Assembly (NCBI RefSeq): GCF_021028975.2
Contig: NC_059430.1
Coordinates: 33,480,001 to 33,544,000, forward strand
From: Sphaerodactylus townsendi
Lineage: Eukaryota
Reading direction: 5' to 3'
DNA length: 64,000 bases
Positions 38,991-52,354 of this stretch are shown one piece after another. Below the pieces are notes generated by a model. The model saw only the letters and a program-made list of their open reading frames with translations. It was not told where the DNA came from and ran no database searches. Position 1 is the stretch's first letter; every line of letters starts with the position of its first letter. The position numbers were made by a program, and so were the translations under genes.

Positions 38991-41228
38991 GAGAAAAAAG
39001 TATGAGTTGCCATCCTTCAGGGCTCAGCTTCCTTCCCATGTTCTTTAGAAGTTAAATCTCTGAGCAAGAAATAGATGCATTTCATCTCTAATTTACTTCT
39101 ATGAAAATATGCATGCATTAAAATTAAGGCACTAAGCAGCACACAGGCTTCCACTTTGTTCACTGTAGCTCCCAAAGAATACTCTTGAACTCTTGAAAGC
39201 ATATCATAGGACAACTACCTTTTCCCATAGGACAAACACCTTTTAGGCCTTTAAAGCAGTGCTGAGCAGGCAACTTCAAAGCAAGTGCCTTAAAGAAGGG
39301 GATCCAGGAGAGAGAAGAGAGAGCCTTCCACATTGACCAATGTGCACCAATGAAGTGATCCTTAGCATAAACTGTTACAAGTATGTCCCCTACTGCGTCA
39401 ATGAAATGCTGGAGGAAATGGCTTTGCCTGAAACATGACTTGTCTGTCGTTACCAATTCTCCCATTCAATGCCCAATCACAGTGCTGAACATAGTCTCAA
39501 ATTAACCGAGGTGATGGGGAGGCCTCCAGAAGTCTGTCCTGCCTAAACTATGTTCTGAAGTTGTCTCAGAAGACATCTCACAATCCTGTGAAATTCCACA
39601 GGTTTCCATACCTGAAGTCCATGAGTTCCTTAGCAAAAAAAAAAAAAATCAAGGCAGCAAGATCTTGCTTGAAAATGGACCCATGTAATGAGATCAGGAG
39701 AGAGGTGGAAGATGATTTATCGCCCAACAGTTTGAAGAGACACAACCCTTGTCATGAAAATGTTTGCTTCCTTTGAGGCAGTTACTCAACTGTTAACACT
39801 CCTTTTAAATAATTCACCCTAAGTCCTGATCACTTGGCATGTGATGACAAGATAAACTCTACTATGACTGAGCCATTTGGCAATGGTTATTTGGACTTTC
39901 CTTCACCTAGAGCTGAAATTAATCTAGCTGGGTTCAAATAAGGAATTTCATTATGGCTTATCAAAATACAGCCATGTTGAGGGAGTTGATCATAAACAGC
40001 TCTCCCCATATGTAATGATCAATTCTAATAATATTGCTGCAAATGATCTTTCTGTTGTGACTGAAGGTTTCACATCCCTAGTAGTTTTTTCCAAATTCTC
40101 AATTCTTCTGTCATCTTTATGTTGAAAAAGATACAGTTTGGTCCTTGGGGAGTGACTAAACAGAACTGGTTTTTAACTTTCTTATGTTTTCTGTTGTGTG
40201 TCTCTTCCCTAAAATGGCACCAACTCTGGGTTCAGAAATACTTGGAAATTTGAATGTAGAGCTAGGAGAGTGGAGTTTAGGATGGGGAGGGACCATAGTG
40301 GAGTACAATGTCATATAGTCCACCTTTCAAACCACACATTTTCTCCAGGAGAAGTGGACTCATTCATTCATCCAGCCATCCATCCCTTACTGGCATTTAA
40401 ATTACACAGTAACTGTGTCTAGAAAAATCTCACAATAGACTACTTTCTGACTGCCAATTTCTGAAAGAAATTTAGCAACCATTTCAGTAATCTCTGGAGT
40501 ACAATCATTTAGCAAGTATTGAACACTGCTATCCTTGTTGGAGAAATCTTTAGAATATAGTAAGGGACTTATAAAAATATTGCGTGAAATGACATGTAGC
40601 TGGCAATCCAGAATGACGTGATGAATTGTGTCAATAGAGCTTAGGGAACAGATATATGTTCTCTCCTGCTGTGAGATTTTCTGGTACCTCCCAAACAGTA
40701 CTCTTGAGGAAAGAATATTAAATCAAGCTAACATAAAAGCTCTAAGATGACAGGGATCATCTAAATTATATAAATATAGAGCCATTCTTTTGTAGGAAGT
40801 TGGTAATTTTAATATGGCAGGAGAACAAATAGGTGGTTGAGCCAAAACCCTTTTTTTTTGTATTTCAGATCTAATAATCTCTGGTTTAGAGTTGTGAATA
40901 TATGAAATTCAAGAAATGGAATACTGTAAATTAAATAAACAAATTATTTATGTAGTCTGGAGATCCGCTGTAATGTTGGGAGATCTCCAGCTCTCACTTC
41001 GAAATCAGCAACTCTGTCCACATGAGTTTTACAAAGCACTTTGCGCTAACTCTGTATGGTAAAGAGCTGTAAAAATGTCCATAAAATGAATAAGGTACAG
41101 CAAGAATGTTTTCTTTCTGAAGACAGGAAAGGAGAAGGGTATTACACAACTGATGGAGAAGTTGTGTAAAGTGCTGTCAAGTCGCTTCAAAATCATGGCG
41201 ACCCTATGAGACTCAGTGTGGTGTAGTT

Positions 41229-41480
41229 GGCCCTTTCCCCACTTACCGTTTGCTGTGCGCTACTGCCCCCAAATAGCACGTGGTCCAGCGGTGCTTCCCA
41301 CGAGTCCAGGCGGCGACAATGCAGCCGCCCCGACTCTGCGCTCCAACGTCCCTTCAGTGTGCGTCATTTCTGACGCTGGAAGAAACGGCACCTTCTGACT
41401 GCCCCGCGCGTGGGGAACACGACCCCGCGCCAGAAATCGCTGGGAGTGGCGCGCCGCAAATCGTAAGTGGGGAAAGGCCC
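41229..41480. mobile_element. CpG-rich PIF/Harbinger-like MITE inserted in a SINE head
   Basis: TIR ggccctttccccacttac / gtaagtggggaaaggccc; 3-bp TSD gtt; flanks rejoin into cagtgtggtgtagtt|gtcaaag, a tRNA-like head. Confidence 0.8.
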
Positions 41481-41994
41481 GTTGTCAAAGCAGGATCAGA
41501 GAGATCCTGGTTCATTCTCCCAGATTATATCTTGAAGCCACCCTGAGCCAGTCACTCACTCTCATTCAAGGCTACATCACAGCTTTGTTGAGAGAATAAA
41601 ATGGAAGAGAACCTTGAATGCATACTCCCATGCATACGATTGAGAGCATGACAGGGTGAATAACCTAAAGAAAAGATGGCAAACATCTTCTGCTTAAAGG
41701 GTCTACCCCTTCCCTGCAACTTAGGTGAGGAGAGTCTGAACACCTCTTGAAATGTTGCAGCCCTATCTAGTGAGTAAAGTTGGTTCTGGCAGCAGCACTA
41801 ACCACTGAAAAACAATCCTCCCCTCCCAGCAGGGGGAGTTCTTGCCTAGCAATAACCTCTGGATACTTCTGTGATAGCTTCGTAGTCAGTTGAAAAGCCT
41901 CCTTAGTTAAATATTTGTTTCAGGGACTTACAGTCCAACTCCTATATTTTAGTGTGATCATACTGTTTCCAACAATATACTCCAATTGGGCACA

Positions 41995-42290
41995 AGAGTG
42001 CATGGCGGTGCATTGCTTAAGCGTGGTTGGCTCTAATCTGGAGAACTGGGTTTGAGTTCCCACTCTTTCACATGATTGGTAGACTTTAATCTGGGGAACT
42101 GGGTTCGTTTCTCCATTCCTACACATGAAGTTTACTTGGTGACCTTGGGCCAGTCACAGTTCTCTCAGAACTCTCTCAATCCCATCTACCTCAGACCCAC
42201 CTACCTGTTGCGCGGAGGGGAACTGAAGGTAATTGTTGGCAACTTAAAGATAGAGAAAAGGGGGGATATAAAAACCAACTCATCTTCTTT
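41995..42290 (+). mobile_element. Squam3-like SINE with duplicated B-box segment
   Basis: Two ctctaatctggagaactggg-type segments, core and (ttc) tail. Confidence 0.75.
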
Positions 42291-43029
42291 TGCAGTAACA
42301 TTCTTCTTTAAAATCAAAACTCAAAGCATTCCATAAAAACAGGAAGATAAAATATTAAACTATCTGGTAATCATTTTCTAGACAACCATTTATTACATTT
42401 AAAAGGATCAGAACATGTCAGGTTAAGCAGCAAAAACAGAGGAAAGATTAAACAAAGTTTGGGTGCAAATACTGATAGAAAATGGACTGTATAATGAGCA
42501 AGATATTGGGAATGCACTGGAAAGCAGTCCTTAGAGATCTCACATGTATGTGGAAGTGGTTGTTAAACAGAGAAAGAGAGATTGGCTCTTGGCATCTCTA
42601 TTCAAAATTACAGATGCAGGGGGAGGGGTGGCCATTCTGAGGAACATGTTTTAGTAATTGGTTCAACTTTGGTCATGCAGACTCAGCATTTCTGTCAATT
42701 TTTTCAGAGTTGTCACTGTATGTATTATAAAGTGCAGTACTCACAGTACTTGGGTGGCAGCAAGTATTAGCATTTCTAATCAAAGCCCTTTACAAGGTAC
42801 TGTGGGAGGTCACTGTGCCAGTAAAACAGCCAAAAGACCTTCCATAGATAAGTAACTTATCCTAAGTAATAGCTGTTGCTAAAGAAAACTCCTGTCAGAA
42901 TGTTTCCTATTTGATTTAAATTCTGTTTTCTTCTTTGTTTTAGGGGTTAGCCTCCTGTTTCCCACCCTGTTATTAGAGGTTTCATTAAAACAAAGACAAA
43001 TCAGCAACCCAACACACAACTACCTTCAA

Positions 43030-43180
43030 GCTTAGTTCCAATTAAGACTCCACCAATTAAAACTGTCTAATTGGCTCATACACCAATTACATTGATTAAA
43101 GCTTACAGTTTTACTGTCAACTGAACCAGAGCGGTTTACTGAGGAGAGGAAGGGAGATAATTTTTAAGGGATCCTGTCAT
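43030..43180. promoter_or_regulatory. Candidate homeodomain-bound enhancer element
   Basis: Four CCAATTA/TAATTGG at 43038, 43053, 43068 and 43083, plus TGATTAA and CTGTCA, in TE-free sequence. Confidence 0.45.
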
Positions 43181-43959
43181 AAAAGCAGGCAGTATTGTGT
43201 ATGAAATCAGATGGGTAAAAATGAAACCATGTATTCACTTCAAGCTTCTCCTAAAACTTTTAAAGCAAATAGTTATACTCTTAATCACTGCAATGACTGT
43301 GGGTACTGAAATGCAATAAAGCAGCTTATATAAATCTTAAGATTAGCAAATTGATTGGATTATAACTTTAATACAAGTTTTAGCAGAAATAAGCCACGGA
43401 AAGAGTGAGGAAGAGTTCAACTAGCTCTAAATTAATTTCAAATTGAAGCTCTGCTGAGGAAGGCCAGCCATTATCTATCAAGTCTGGCTAAACAGCAGGA
43501 TGTGATAAACATTAAAGAATTGGGGGGGGGGGTGAGGGGGTGGGGGGGTGGAGGACAGATGGAGTAGGTATTCAGTCCATACACATCTCTTTCATTAGCC
43601 TTATGGGAATTACATATGAAGTTCCACTGGCAATATTCTATACACTGCCAGATACGTATTAAGCACAACCTGTAAATTAATCTCTAATAATGTAGCACTG
43701 AGACTGACCTGGCTGCTATTATATTCACAAAGTCATCTGCTTGCAGCAACCGTCGCCAGTACTGAAACACTGCATCCAAAATTATGGCAAACTGGAAGAG
43801 TTCAATGCATTAACACATTTCCTTTTTATAAAATGCCTCTGCTCTAAATGTAATGATCAGTTTCATCTATTTACTGAACCAATTTACTGACGCTTAGTCT
43901 CTGTCACTCCCCCTCCTCACAAGTCTTGTTCTCTGTGTTCCTACCTTCAGACATGAAGC

Positions 43960-44310
43960 AATTGATGATGCAGACACAGGGTATTTTCAGTGGTGGCATC
44001 TTACCTGTTATATGCCCTCCCCCTTGAATATCACCTGGCTAATACCCTACCATCTTTCAGGCACCAGGCAAAAAGATTTATTTTTACCCAGGCTCTTAAT
44101 TACCCAGGTTTACCTTTTCAACTTATTTTACAGCTGGAAAGTGGTTTGTGAGACTTGTGCTATGTTTTCAATTGGTTGTCCAACTTTTCAGTATTTTAAT
44201 GTTTCTTTTAATTGCTGCAAACTTTTATGATGGTTATGTTTTTATTATGCATAACTTTGTATACCACTTTGAGCAGGTTCTGGGAAAAGGCAGAATAAAA
44301 AATATATATT
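43960..44310 (+). mobile_element. L2 LINE 3' fragment
   Basis: ttttcagtggtggca...gccctcccc...ttcaggcaccaggcaaaa...tttttacccaggc; terminal ttgtataccactttgag...aaggcagaataaaaa. Confidence 0.6.
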
Positions 44311-44780
44311 CTTGCAAAGCTTCATCCATTCCCAAGTTTCTCCACTGCTAGTAAACATATGCTTTTGTTTGTTTGTCTGTCTGTTAATACTTGCCTCGGA
44401 CCCAGGTCTGTTCCTGGGACTGATCCCGCTTCAACAGTTGCTGCTTCTTCCTACTGCAACCTTACCAGCAAGTGTGACCTTGAGCAACTATGCTGCCAAT
44501 GTCCATGCCAAGGTAATCTAAGTTGTCACCTGCTTTCAGTCAGGAACAGAAGGGAAGACCCAGTCATCACAGGCTGTGAAGATTCCAGGCTTGACACCCA
44601 CAAAACCACCCTCCCCCCTTCCTCCTACTGCTGCTGCTGCTGCCTTTTAATTGCTTCCTCCCTGCCACATCCTCTTCAAAGCTCCTGAGAAGGAATTTGC
44701 TCCCAAGTAGGCTAGTACAAGCCCTCATCACTCTTTCTGCCCCTTAACTACCCTTAGATGCCTGCTTTGATTCTCTCTCA

Positions 44781-45090
44781 TGAGAGCCAGGATGGTGTAG
44801 TAGGTTAAGACTGGCAGACTCTAATCTGGAGAACTGGGTTTGATTCCCTGTTCCTCCACATGAGCAACAGACTCTAATCAGGAGAGCCAGGTCTGATTCC
44901 CCACTCCTTCACATGAAGCTTGCTGGGTGATCTCAGGCTAGTCACAGTTCTCTGAGAACACTCTCAGCCCCACCTACCTCCCAAGGTGCCTGTTGACTAG
45001 GGGGGTGGGGGGTTGGGGAAGGTGCTTGTAAGTTGTTTTGAGACTCCTTATGGTAGAGAAAAGTGGCATATTAAAACCAGCTCTTCTTCT
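44781..45090 (+). mobile_element. Squam3-like SINE, full length
   Basis: gagagccaggatggtgtagtaggttaag head, duplicated B-box segment, core, (ttc) tail. Confidence 0.85.
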
Positions 45091-46882
45091 CTCTATAGCT
45101 GATACGCTTCTTCTTTTAAAACTGTTCTCTTTTCCCCCATAATTGAGCCCTGATAATCTATAATTCCCTGTCACACCCTTATGTTTGCTGGAGCAGCAGC
45201 ATCTATCTGGTTTGCAAATGACAGCACCCTGCCCCCACACGCACACAGGGAGATCACATGCATTTGAAAGGTTCTTTGCTTCATATTAATTCTTTTTTAA
45301 AGGCAGTTCATAGCAGATTCTGCTGGCTGAGCCTCATGCCAGGAAAGTGAGAAAAACTCTTAACTTGATCTCAGGGCAGGTTAGATACATGAAGTACTTG
45401 GAGCATCACAATTTTCACCCCTGCATCTTGCCTGGGCTGCCACTCAAGCTGGAATTTTGCAAGGTTGTGCTAGAACAAAGCCAAAGGGGGGGGATCTTGA
45501 TGCAATTGCTCTCACAATTCTCAAAATTTGGGAACATCACTAGATGGACCCACCTGGCCGAGATTATACAGAGGTAAGCAACTGGGAAGACTGAACAAGG
45601 CATAGATCTCGCTTGAAAATAATCTGCAAGCATAACATTAAAGGGCTCTATTGTAGGTCTCAAGGAAGAAATGGAGAACGCTGAGAGGAAACTTCTTGAC
45701 AAGAACGACTGAGCTGTTGCAATTAAATAAACCTTCACTGATGGGGATGATGTGGCAAGCATGGAAAGTCCTTGTAATATCAAGCAACTCAGTACAATTT
45801 AGATCCTAAATGGCTACATAGCTGAGAGGTGGGGACTTTTTTTAAAAACGAAGCACAGCGGAGTAAAGCACTTCCTGGGCAGCTGTTCGCTCGCTCGTGG
45901 ATGCAGCCTGCATTAAAACCAAAGAATCACGGATAGTGTAATTCTCGAATAACCCATTTGGGGGGAAGCAGCACGGGGCAGCCTTGCTTTAGGGATTGGA
46001 GCCATGTGATCCCCCCCCCCGAAATGTGTTTTTTTGCCCGTCCCCAGCCTGGGTTTATTGGCCTGTGCAGAAGTGGCCTTAAAGAGACACAACTACTGCA
46101 GTGTGATTCAGAAAGGCATCTCAGTTAGGGCTGTCAGGTCTCCAGTCATGGCAGGAGACCTCCTGTCAACATCACGGTCCCCACTGCCACTGTGTTGGCT
46201 GGCAAGAGAAAAGTGAAGGAAACAAACTTTATTGGCATGATGACACACTGTTGTTTATAGCCAGTGCTATATCTAAGAACACCAGTAAGCCCAGCTCCAC
46301 CTGTCCCGCATTACAGCTTCAAAACACAAGAATCCCTGAATATGCAGGCACTGTGTCATGTTGCAGAATCTCTCCTGCACCACTCCATTTACTGGTCTAT
46401 TGAAGGTCACAAACCAGGCATATTTTGGATCATATCAGCTGTGACCCACTTGAGCATATTTTCTTGTAGTATTAATTCAGCAGAAAATTGTTTCCAGTAT
46501 AACTTAATTAGCATGCAGAACAGCAGCATCACCATCCTCTTACCCGCTTTATAACATGTGAAACACCATCTCAGCAGCAAAACATCAGTCAGTTTGCAAA
46601 CAATATTAACAGTTCTGTCGACTCATCTAACACCTTCCTCTAAGAACTTCAAGGCACTTTGATGGCAAGTAATTAAGTTAACTGCGTACCCCTGGTGAAA
46701 TGGAGAATTCTGATTTTTCCCGATTAATATTACCGCTTTGATTGAGAAAAACCAGAGTGCCATATGTTTGTTGTGACTGCTTAATGCTTTCACTTCAGCA
46801 ACAGCCCTCACAAGCCTTGTTAGGACTGTGTGATAAATTAAACCCATGCTGGAATTGTGTATATTCTCCATATTTCTAGAAC

Positions 46883-47001
46883 AGCAAGATTCAAGTCTGG
46901 GAGCATTTTAAAGACCAACAAGACTTCCAAGATACAACCTTTCAAAAGTCAATGCTCCAGGATACAACCTTTCAAAAGTCAATGCTCCCTTCATCATATG
47001 C
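46883..47001 (-). mobile_element. Old Penelope-like (probably Neptune-type) pLTR remnant with decayed hammerhead
   Basis: Minus strand aTGATGAagggagcattgacttttGAAAggttg...gttggtctttaaaatgct...gact; internal 30-bp tandem duplication at 46931-46988. Confidence 0.5.
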
Positions 47002-47862
47002 TCTGGTTTTTGTGTTTGGTTTTGCATTCAAAAGCAACCATCTGGTTGGGAGCGAGACCATTGTGTCTAGACCTGAAATGTTGTACAGAGTTACAAGGGA
47101 ATTTTTGATTAAACACCATGTGACATTTCTGAGAAAGTGTACACAAGTGGGATTAAAATCAGCAGGCAACAGTGTCTCTGAATGATGGATCCCTGAATGT
47201 TCTTCCTGAGATATTTAATCACCCTTTCATCTTTTCTGCAAACATGAGGACTCTTGTGGTGCTCTGCTTTCAGGGAATCTACTCTGGGCTCAACTTTCAA
47301 AATCTTCTCCTTCACTTTGAGAAAGAAAGATTTTAATTGGATTTTAATGCGGGTTGATTGCTGTAACTGGCACCTGCGTGGAAGAGATGCCCTAAAATAG
47401 TTCTTTCTTACAAATACAATACTGCTTGCGTTTTTATCATGCATCACTTTGAGTACTTCAGCCAAACTGCAGAATGGAGAAAATGAAGGGAACTGCACGA
47501 TGAAGATCGGTAACCTATTCACACATTGCAGTTTTGTATAAGAAGGTTCATGCTTATATCTGAAGATCTGTGTGCAGGCCATACAATTATTGTTGTGTCT
47601 CAATACATGGATCAGGAATCTAGTGTACAGACAAGCTTCCCACAGCCACCAAAGATGTCCAAACAAAAGTGCCCTCTGGGAACCTGACTCCTCACCGTAC
47701 ACTACCCAGACCCAAGCCAAACATTTTGGGTTTTTTAAAAAATCACATAACTTGCCCAGGTGTATGAGCCGCAGAAGAGCTAGGGTTCCCAGAATGCTGA
47801 TCTAGTCCACTTTTCCCAGCAGCTTTATGCACATATGTCAACATGCCAGACAGACAGTAGGG

Positions 47863-48345
47863 CAGTGATGGTGAACCTTTTCGAGACCGAGTGCCCAAAC
47901 TGCAACTCAAAACCCACTTATTTATTGCAAAGTGCGAACACGGCAATTTAACCTGAATACTGAGGTTTTAGTTTAGAAAAACCGGTTGGCTCCAAGGAGT
48001 GCATTACTCGGGAGTAAGCTTGGTGGTAGTTGGTAGCTTTGCTTTGAAGCAACCGCACAACTCTTCCAATGGGTGAATCACGACCCTAGGAGGATTTACT
48101 CAGAAGCAAGCCCCATTGCCAGCAACCGAGCTTACTTCCAGGTAAAGGACTGAGCTTCAGTTCTTCACATGAAAATCAGTGAGGTTTAACAGCACTTAAC
48201 AGGGTTACCTACGTTGCTTCCCCAAAACTAGGTCTTAGGTTTAATGTTAATAATCGAGCCCAGTGGCCCAGGCCAGCCTAGATATGTGTGTGTGTGGGGG
48301 GGACTCTGTGCATGCCCACAGAGAGGGCTCTGAGTGCCACCACTG
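47863..48345. mobile_element. OC1 (OposCharlie1)-like non-autonomous hAT element
   Basis: Left end cagtgatggtgaacct; right subterminal gcatgcccacagagagggctctgagtgcc with shortened TIR ...cactg; 8-bp TSD cagtaggg. Confidence 0.75.
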
Positions 48346-49807
48346 CAGTAGGGGATGTAAACACATATACATGCCTGTGCAGACACAGAGTCATTCTGCA
48401 TTTACAGAACACATAACAGTGCAAAAAAAATCCAGATGCGTACATGAAGCAGCAATATGTGCCGCCCTGAGCTCTTCTTGGGATGGGCGGAATACAAATA
48501 GAAATATAAATAAAAAATAAAATAAAATATTGCAATTGGCCCTTACAAAGAAATCAGGTAATTAGGTCAACTGTGGGGATTATGACAGACATGTCTATAC
48601 ACTATGTTTTGATTTCTAGTAGCCAATAACATTCCAATCCCTACCAGATTTGAAGAAGAAGAGAATGCAATGGGATATCTCTAAGAATCCTTTTAGTTCT
48701 TAGAAATATTTTTTTCCATATAACTATCCATCACCAAAATAGCTTCTCTAAGGAGGGAAACCGGTGACCGTGCATAATTTCATGTCTGATGCATGTTCTG
48801 AGTAGTCCCCAGATTTGTGGGAAATGCACAGAAGATGCAGGTGAAGACAAAAGAGACCCAAAGTGATGTATAATAAGTTAATTATAAGACGAGGACATGA
48901 GTCAGTGGCTTTATTTAGTTCCTCCGACATGCATGGGATTAATTCCACACTTCTAAGATGAGCTTTTGTCTTGGGCCAATACCACTGGGAAATTAACACA
49001 CAATGTGATTTCCTTTCTAAACAGTTTAATACATCACAACAGTTTCCCCCTTTTGAGTTCAGCTATAAATAAGCAGTACATAAATAAGTACAAAGCTTCA
49101 GAAAACCTGTTACACTCTTGACACAGGTAGAAGTATTTCACTGTTCTTTTGTTCAGTTATCTCACAGTGAAGCTTGCTGGGGGGTTTTTCTGCATCTTCA
49201 ACAATCAGTTCCACAATCTCTGTGCAGTCATTCAAAATACACATGTGGGCCTCCATGGACATATTATAATATCTTTTTTTCATGCCTTGAAGTTTGTAAT
49301 TCCAATGTGACTTTTTCTTCACAGAATCAGGAGGATTGGGTTTGTCTTAGAACTTTCTGAATCAAGTTTCTAGTTCACAGGAATTCAGCAGGGAGGCTTG
49401 AAGCTCAATTTGGGGTTATTTCAGAAATATTCGTGGAAAAGTGACACAGTTTAACCGCAAACCCTGACACATCACAGGGATAAGATGTTCTAATAAAGAT
49501 CTGAAAATGTTTTGAAGGACATGGAGTCATAGGGTCGCCATGAGTCAGAAGCAACTTGGTGGCACTTAGTACACACATTGCTGAGGCACAGAGAAGATGT
49601 TATTTTCTTAAGGTTTCATAATGTGTTTTTTATTTTGAAGCTTACTAGCAGAGGAGCCAGCCAGGGCAGCTTTTCTTTTTAGGTCAGCTAACAATTCCAT
49701 GACAGATCTTTTGGGGAGAGCTCAGGACAGTTTTGCTAAAATGAGAAGGGCAAGGAGAAGGGCAAGAAAGTAGGAAGGAGGATGAAAAGGAAATTGAACT
49801 TTAACAG

Positions 49808-50082
49808 CAGTGGTGTAGTGGTTAAAAGCAGGTGCATTCTAATCGGGAGGAACCGGGTTTGATTCCCCGCTCTGCTGCCTGAGCTGTGGAGGCTTATCTG
49901 GGGAATTCAGATTAGCCTGTGTACTCCCACACAAGCCAGCTGGGTGACCTTGGGCTAGTCACAGCTTCTCAGAGCTCTCTCAGCCCCACCTACCTCGCAA
50001 GGTATTTGTTGTGAGGGGGGAAGGGCAAGGAGATTGTAAGCCCCTTTGAGACTACTACAGGAGAGAAAGGGGGGATATAAAT
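49808..50082 (+). mobile_element. Squam3-like SINE, young
   Basis: cagtggtgtagtggttaa head, gggtttgattcccc B box, core, L2-like tail. Confidence 0.85.
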
Positions 50083-51579
50083 CTACCTTCCACAAAACTG
50101 AAATCTACCTTCCACAAAACAGAAGATGCCATGGGTTGCCACTTTTTATCTACCCTTCAGCACCCTTTATTTCCTTAATAAAATGCCAGTAAAAGGTACT
50201 ACATGGATTGTTTTCTTGGTAGGGCTGCCAAGCTCCCCTCCAAGTGAGGAATTCCCTGTCCCCAAGTTCCTGTTCCCTGCTGCCACTTGGAGCAGTAGCA
50301 GGAGAAGAATTCACTGGAGTTGACTGCACAGTGATATTATTTCCAGGGAATACTCAGAAGCTATGGCAGTAGATCCAGGGATCACCAGAAAATCTATGGT
50401 AAACCATAAAGTTTCTGGTGCTTCCTAGAGCTACCAATGTTGCTTTTGGATATTACATGGAAGTAGTGTTATCAGCTCACTCCATCTTCTCACCGTTTGC
50501 AAGGCTCTGGTTCTTGGGTTTTAAAATTTAATTTTGCTTTTGGACTAACACAGCTATAAGCAACTTCTTTCCAAATATGAACAGCTCGTGTTTACCTCCA
50601 TGTTCTAAGAGCATCTACAAGTTGAGTTCCCTAGCTAAAGCTGCTGTTAAATGTATAATAAGAGTGAGCCAGCTCAGTTGGGGTTTGACAGTGTGCAACC
50701 ATAGTGGTATTAAGGATTGAAAGAAAAAAAAACAGCAATCAGCAGTAATCTGCTCCAATTTAAACAGTTTCAGGAAGTAAATATCACACAAGGCACTCTG
50801 GAATGAAATTGTTTTCACAAATTTCTAGAAGGTCAAGAGAAAGGAAGCCTGTATCTCACCTACTAATCTTCAATTTGCTCACCAAGGCAGAGCAGGACAT
50901 CAGTAGATGACCTCAGGCTACTTGGCTCCTAATCCAAAAAGGCAGATTCCATTTAAATTTCAGGACTGGTTTACACAGAAAACCACCAAGTGTTGAAACT
51001 TAATTACATACTGCATTAGTCAGATATATAAAGCCTTGTGTGTTAGGGCCATTCAATTCAATTTCAAAATTAGCTTAAATGTTTGCAGGACCTACTCTTA
51101 GTAAATACCTGTTGTATTTCTACCTTTTAATGTGTCAGTAACAACCATAAAGCATGACTGGCAAGACTTTCAAAATTCATGAAGATAACAAAAGTAAAAT
51201 CAAATAAATATTTTAAAAATTTGCTCATGGAGATCAAATGATTTTACCACTTTTTCTCTGATGTCTTTAAATGAAAGAGAACAAAAACCTCCTTTTTCGA
51301 AAAAAAAGTAAATGATGGACGCACTGATCCCCAAACCCAAACAGATTTCATTCCAGCTGTCTGTGAAAACAATTCTAGTCATAACACTGTAACAGCTAAG
51401 CACCAGATATCAGTGCTCTGGAATCTCACTGCTTAACCAACACCCTTGAGTTCCATTAGTCTTCTATTTAAAAATAATTGAGATTCTTCTCTAGCAATTC
51501 CCAAAATACAAGAAGAAAACACACAGAGAAATGGATAGATTTACAAAAATCTCTGAATGGCCAGTCAGTGTGAAAGGGA

Positions 51580-51878
51580 TGATCTGATCTAGATGGCTCA
51601 GGTTAACCTGATCTCACCATATCTCAGAAACCAAACAGGATTGAATCTGGTTAGTACTTGGACAGGAGACCAACAACAAACACCCTGTGAGGTAGGTGGG
51701 GCTGAGAGAGCTCCGAGAAGCTGTGACTAGCCCAAGGTCACCCAGCTGGCCTGTGTGGGAGTGTACAGGCTAATCTGAATTTCCCAGATAAGACTCCACA
51801 GCTCAGGTGGCAGAGCTGGGAATCAAACCCAGTTCCTCCAGATTAGATACACGAGCTCTTAACCTCCTACGCCACTGC
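51580..51878. mobile_element. 5S-derived SINE head (+, ~51580-51672) abutting a Squam3-like SINE (-, ~51672-51878)
   Basis: ctggttagtacttggacaggagacc (5S box C), then cccaaggtcacccagctgg...cttaacctcctacgccactg. Confidence 0.7.
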
Positions 51879-52354
51879 AGGTTGATTTCTAATTCTGCTT
51901 TTTCAAACCAATGTTTATGGGGCAAATCATTGTCTGTTTTCTCTCTACTACTCCATATTAATCAGAACCAAGAGGATGATAGGTGCTGTGCAAAAATTAC
52001 TTCAGTCTTTATCCGGATGATTTATATACTGTTTTACATGGTCAGAACTGACAACAGAGGAAAGTCTGCTCAAAGAGCAGTCAAAAACAACAAGAGGGTT
52101 TTTTAACACCCCACTTTTCTCTACTTTTAAGAACATAAGAACATAAGAACATAAGAACATAAGAACATAAGAACATAAGAACAAGCCAGCTGGATCAGAC
52201 CAGAGTCCATCTAGTCCAGCTCTCTGCTACTCGCAGTGGCCCACCAGGTGCCTTTGGGAGTTCACATGTAGGATGTGAAAGCAATGGCCTTCTGTGGCTG
52301 TTGCTCCCGAGCACCTGGACTGTTAAGGCATTTGCAATCTCAGATCAAAGAGGA

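Noticed and set aside
39290-39440. Short coding-looking stretch (MCTNEVILSINCYKYVPYCVNEMLEE) as a processed pseudogene
   Set aside because: No recognisable parent protein, poly(A) or TSD.
47109-47720. 203-aa minus-strand ORF
   Set aside because: Non-ATG start, no recognisable motif, atypical composition and no convincing splice sites; likely a chance ORF.
52128-52183. (aagaacat)n array as CRISPR or coding repeat
   Set aside because: No spacers; it is the CR1 3' octamer tail.
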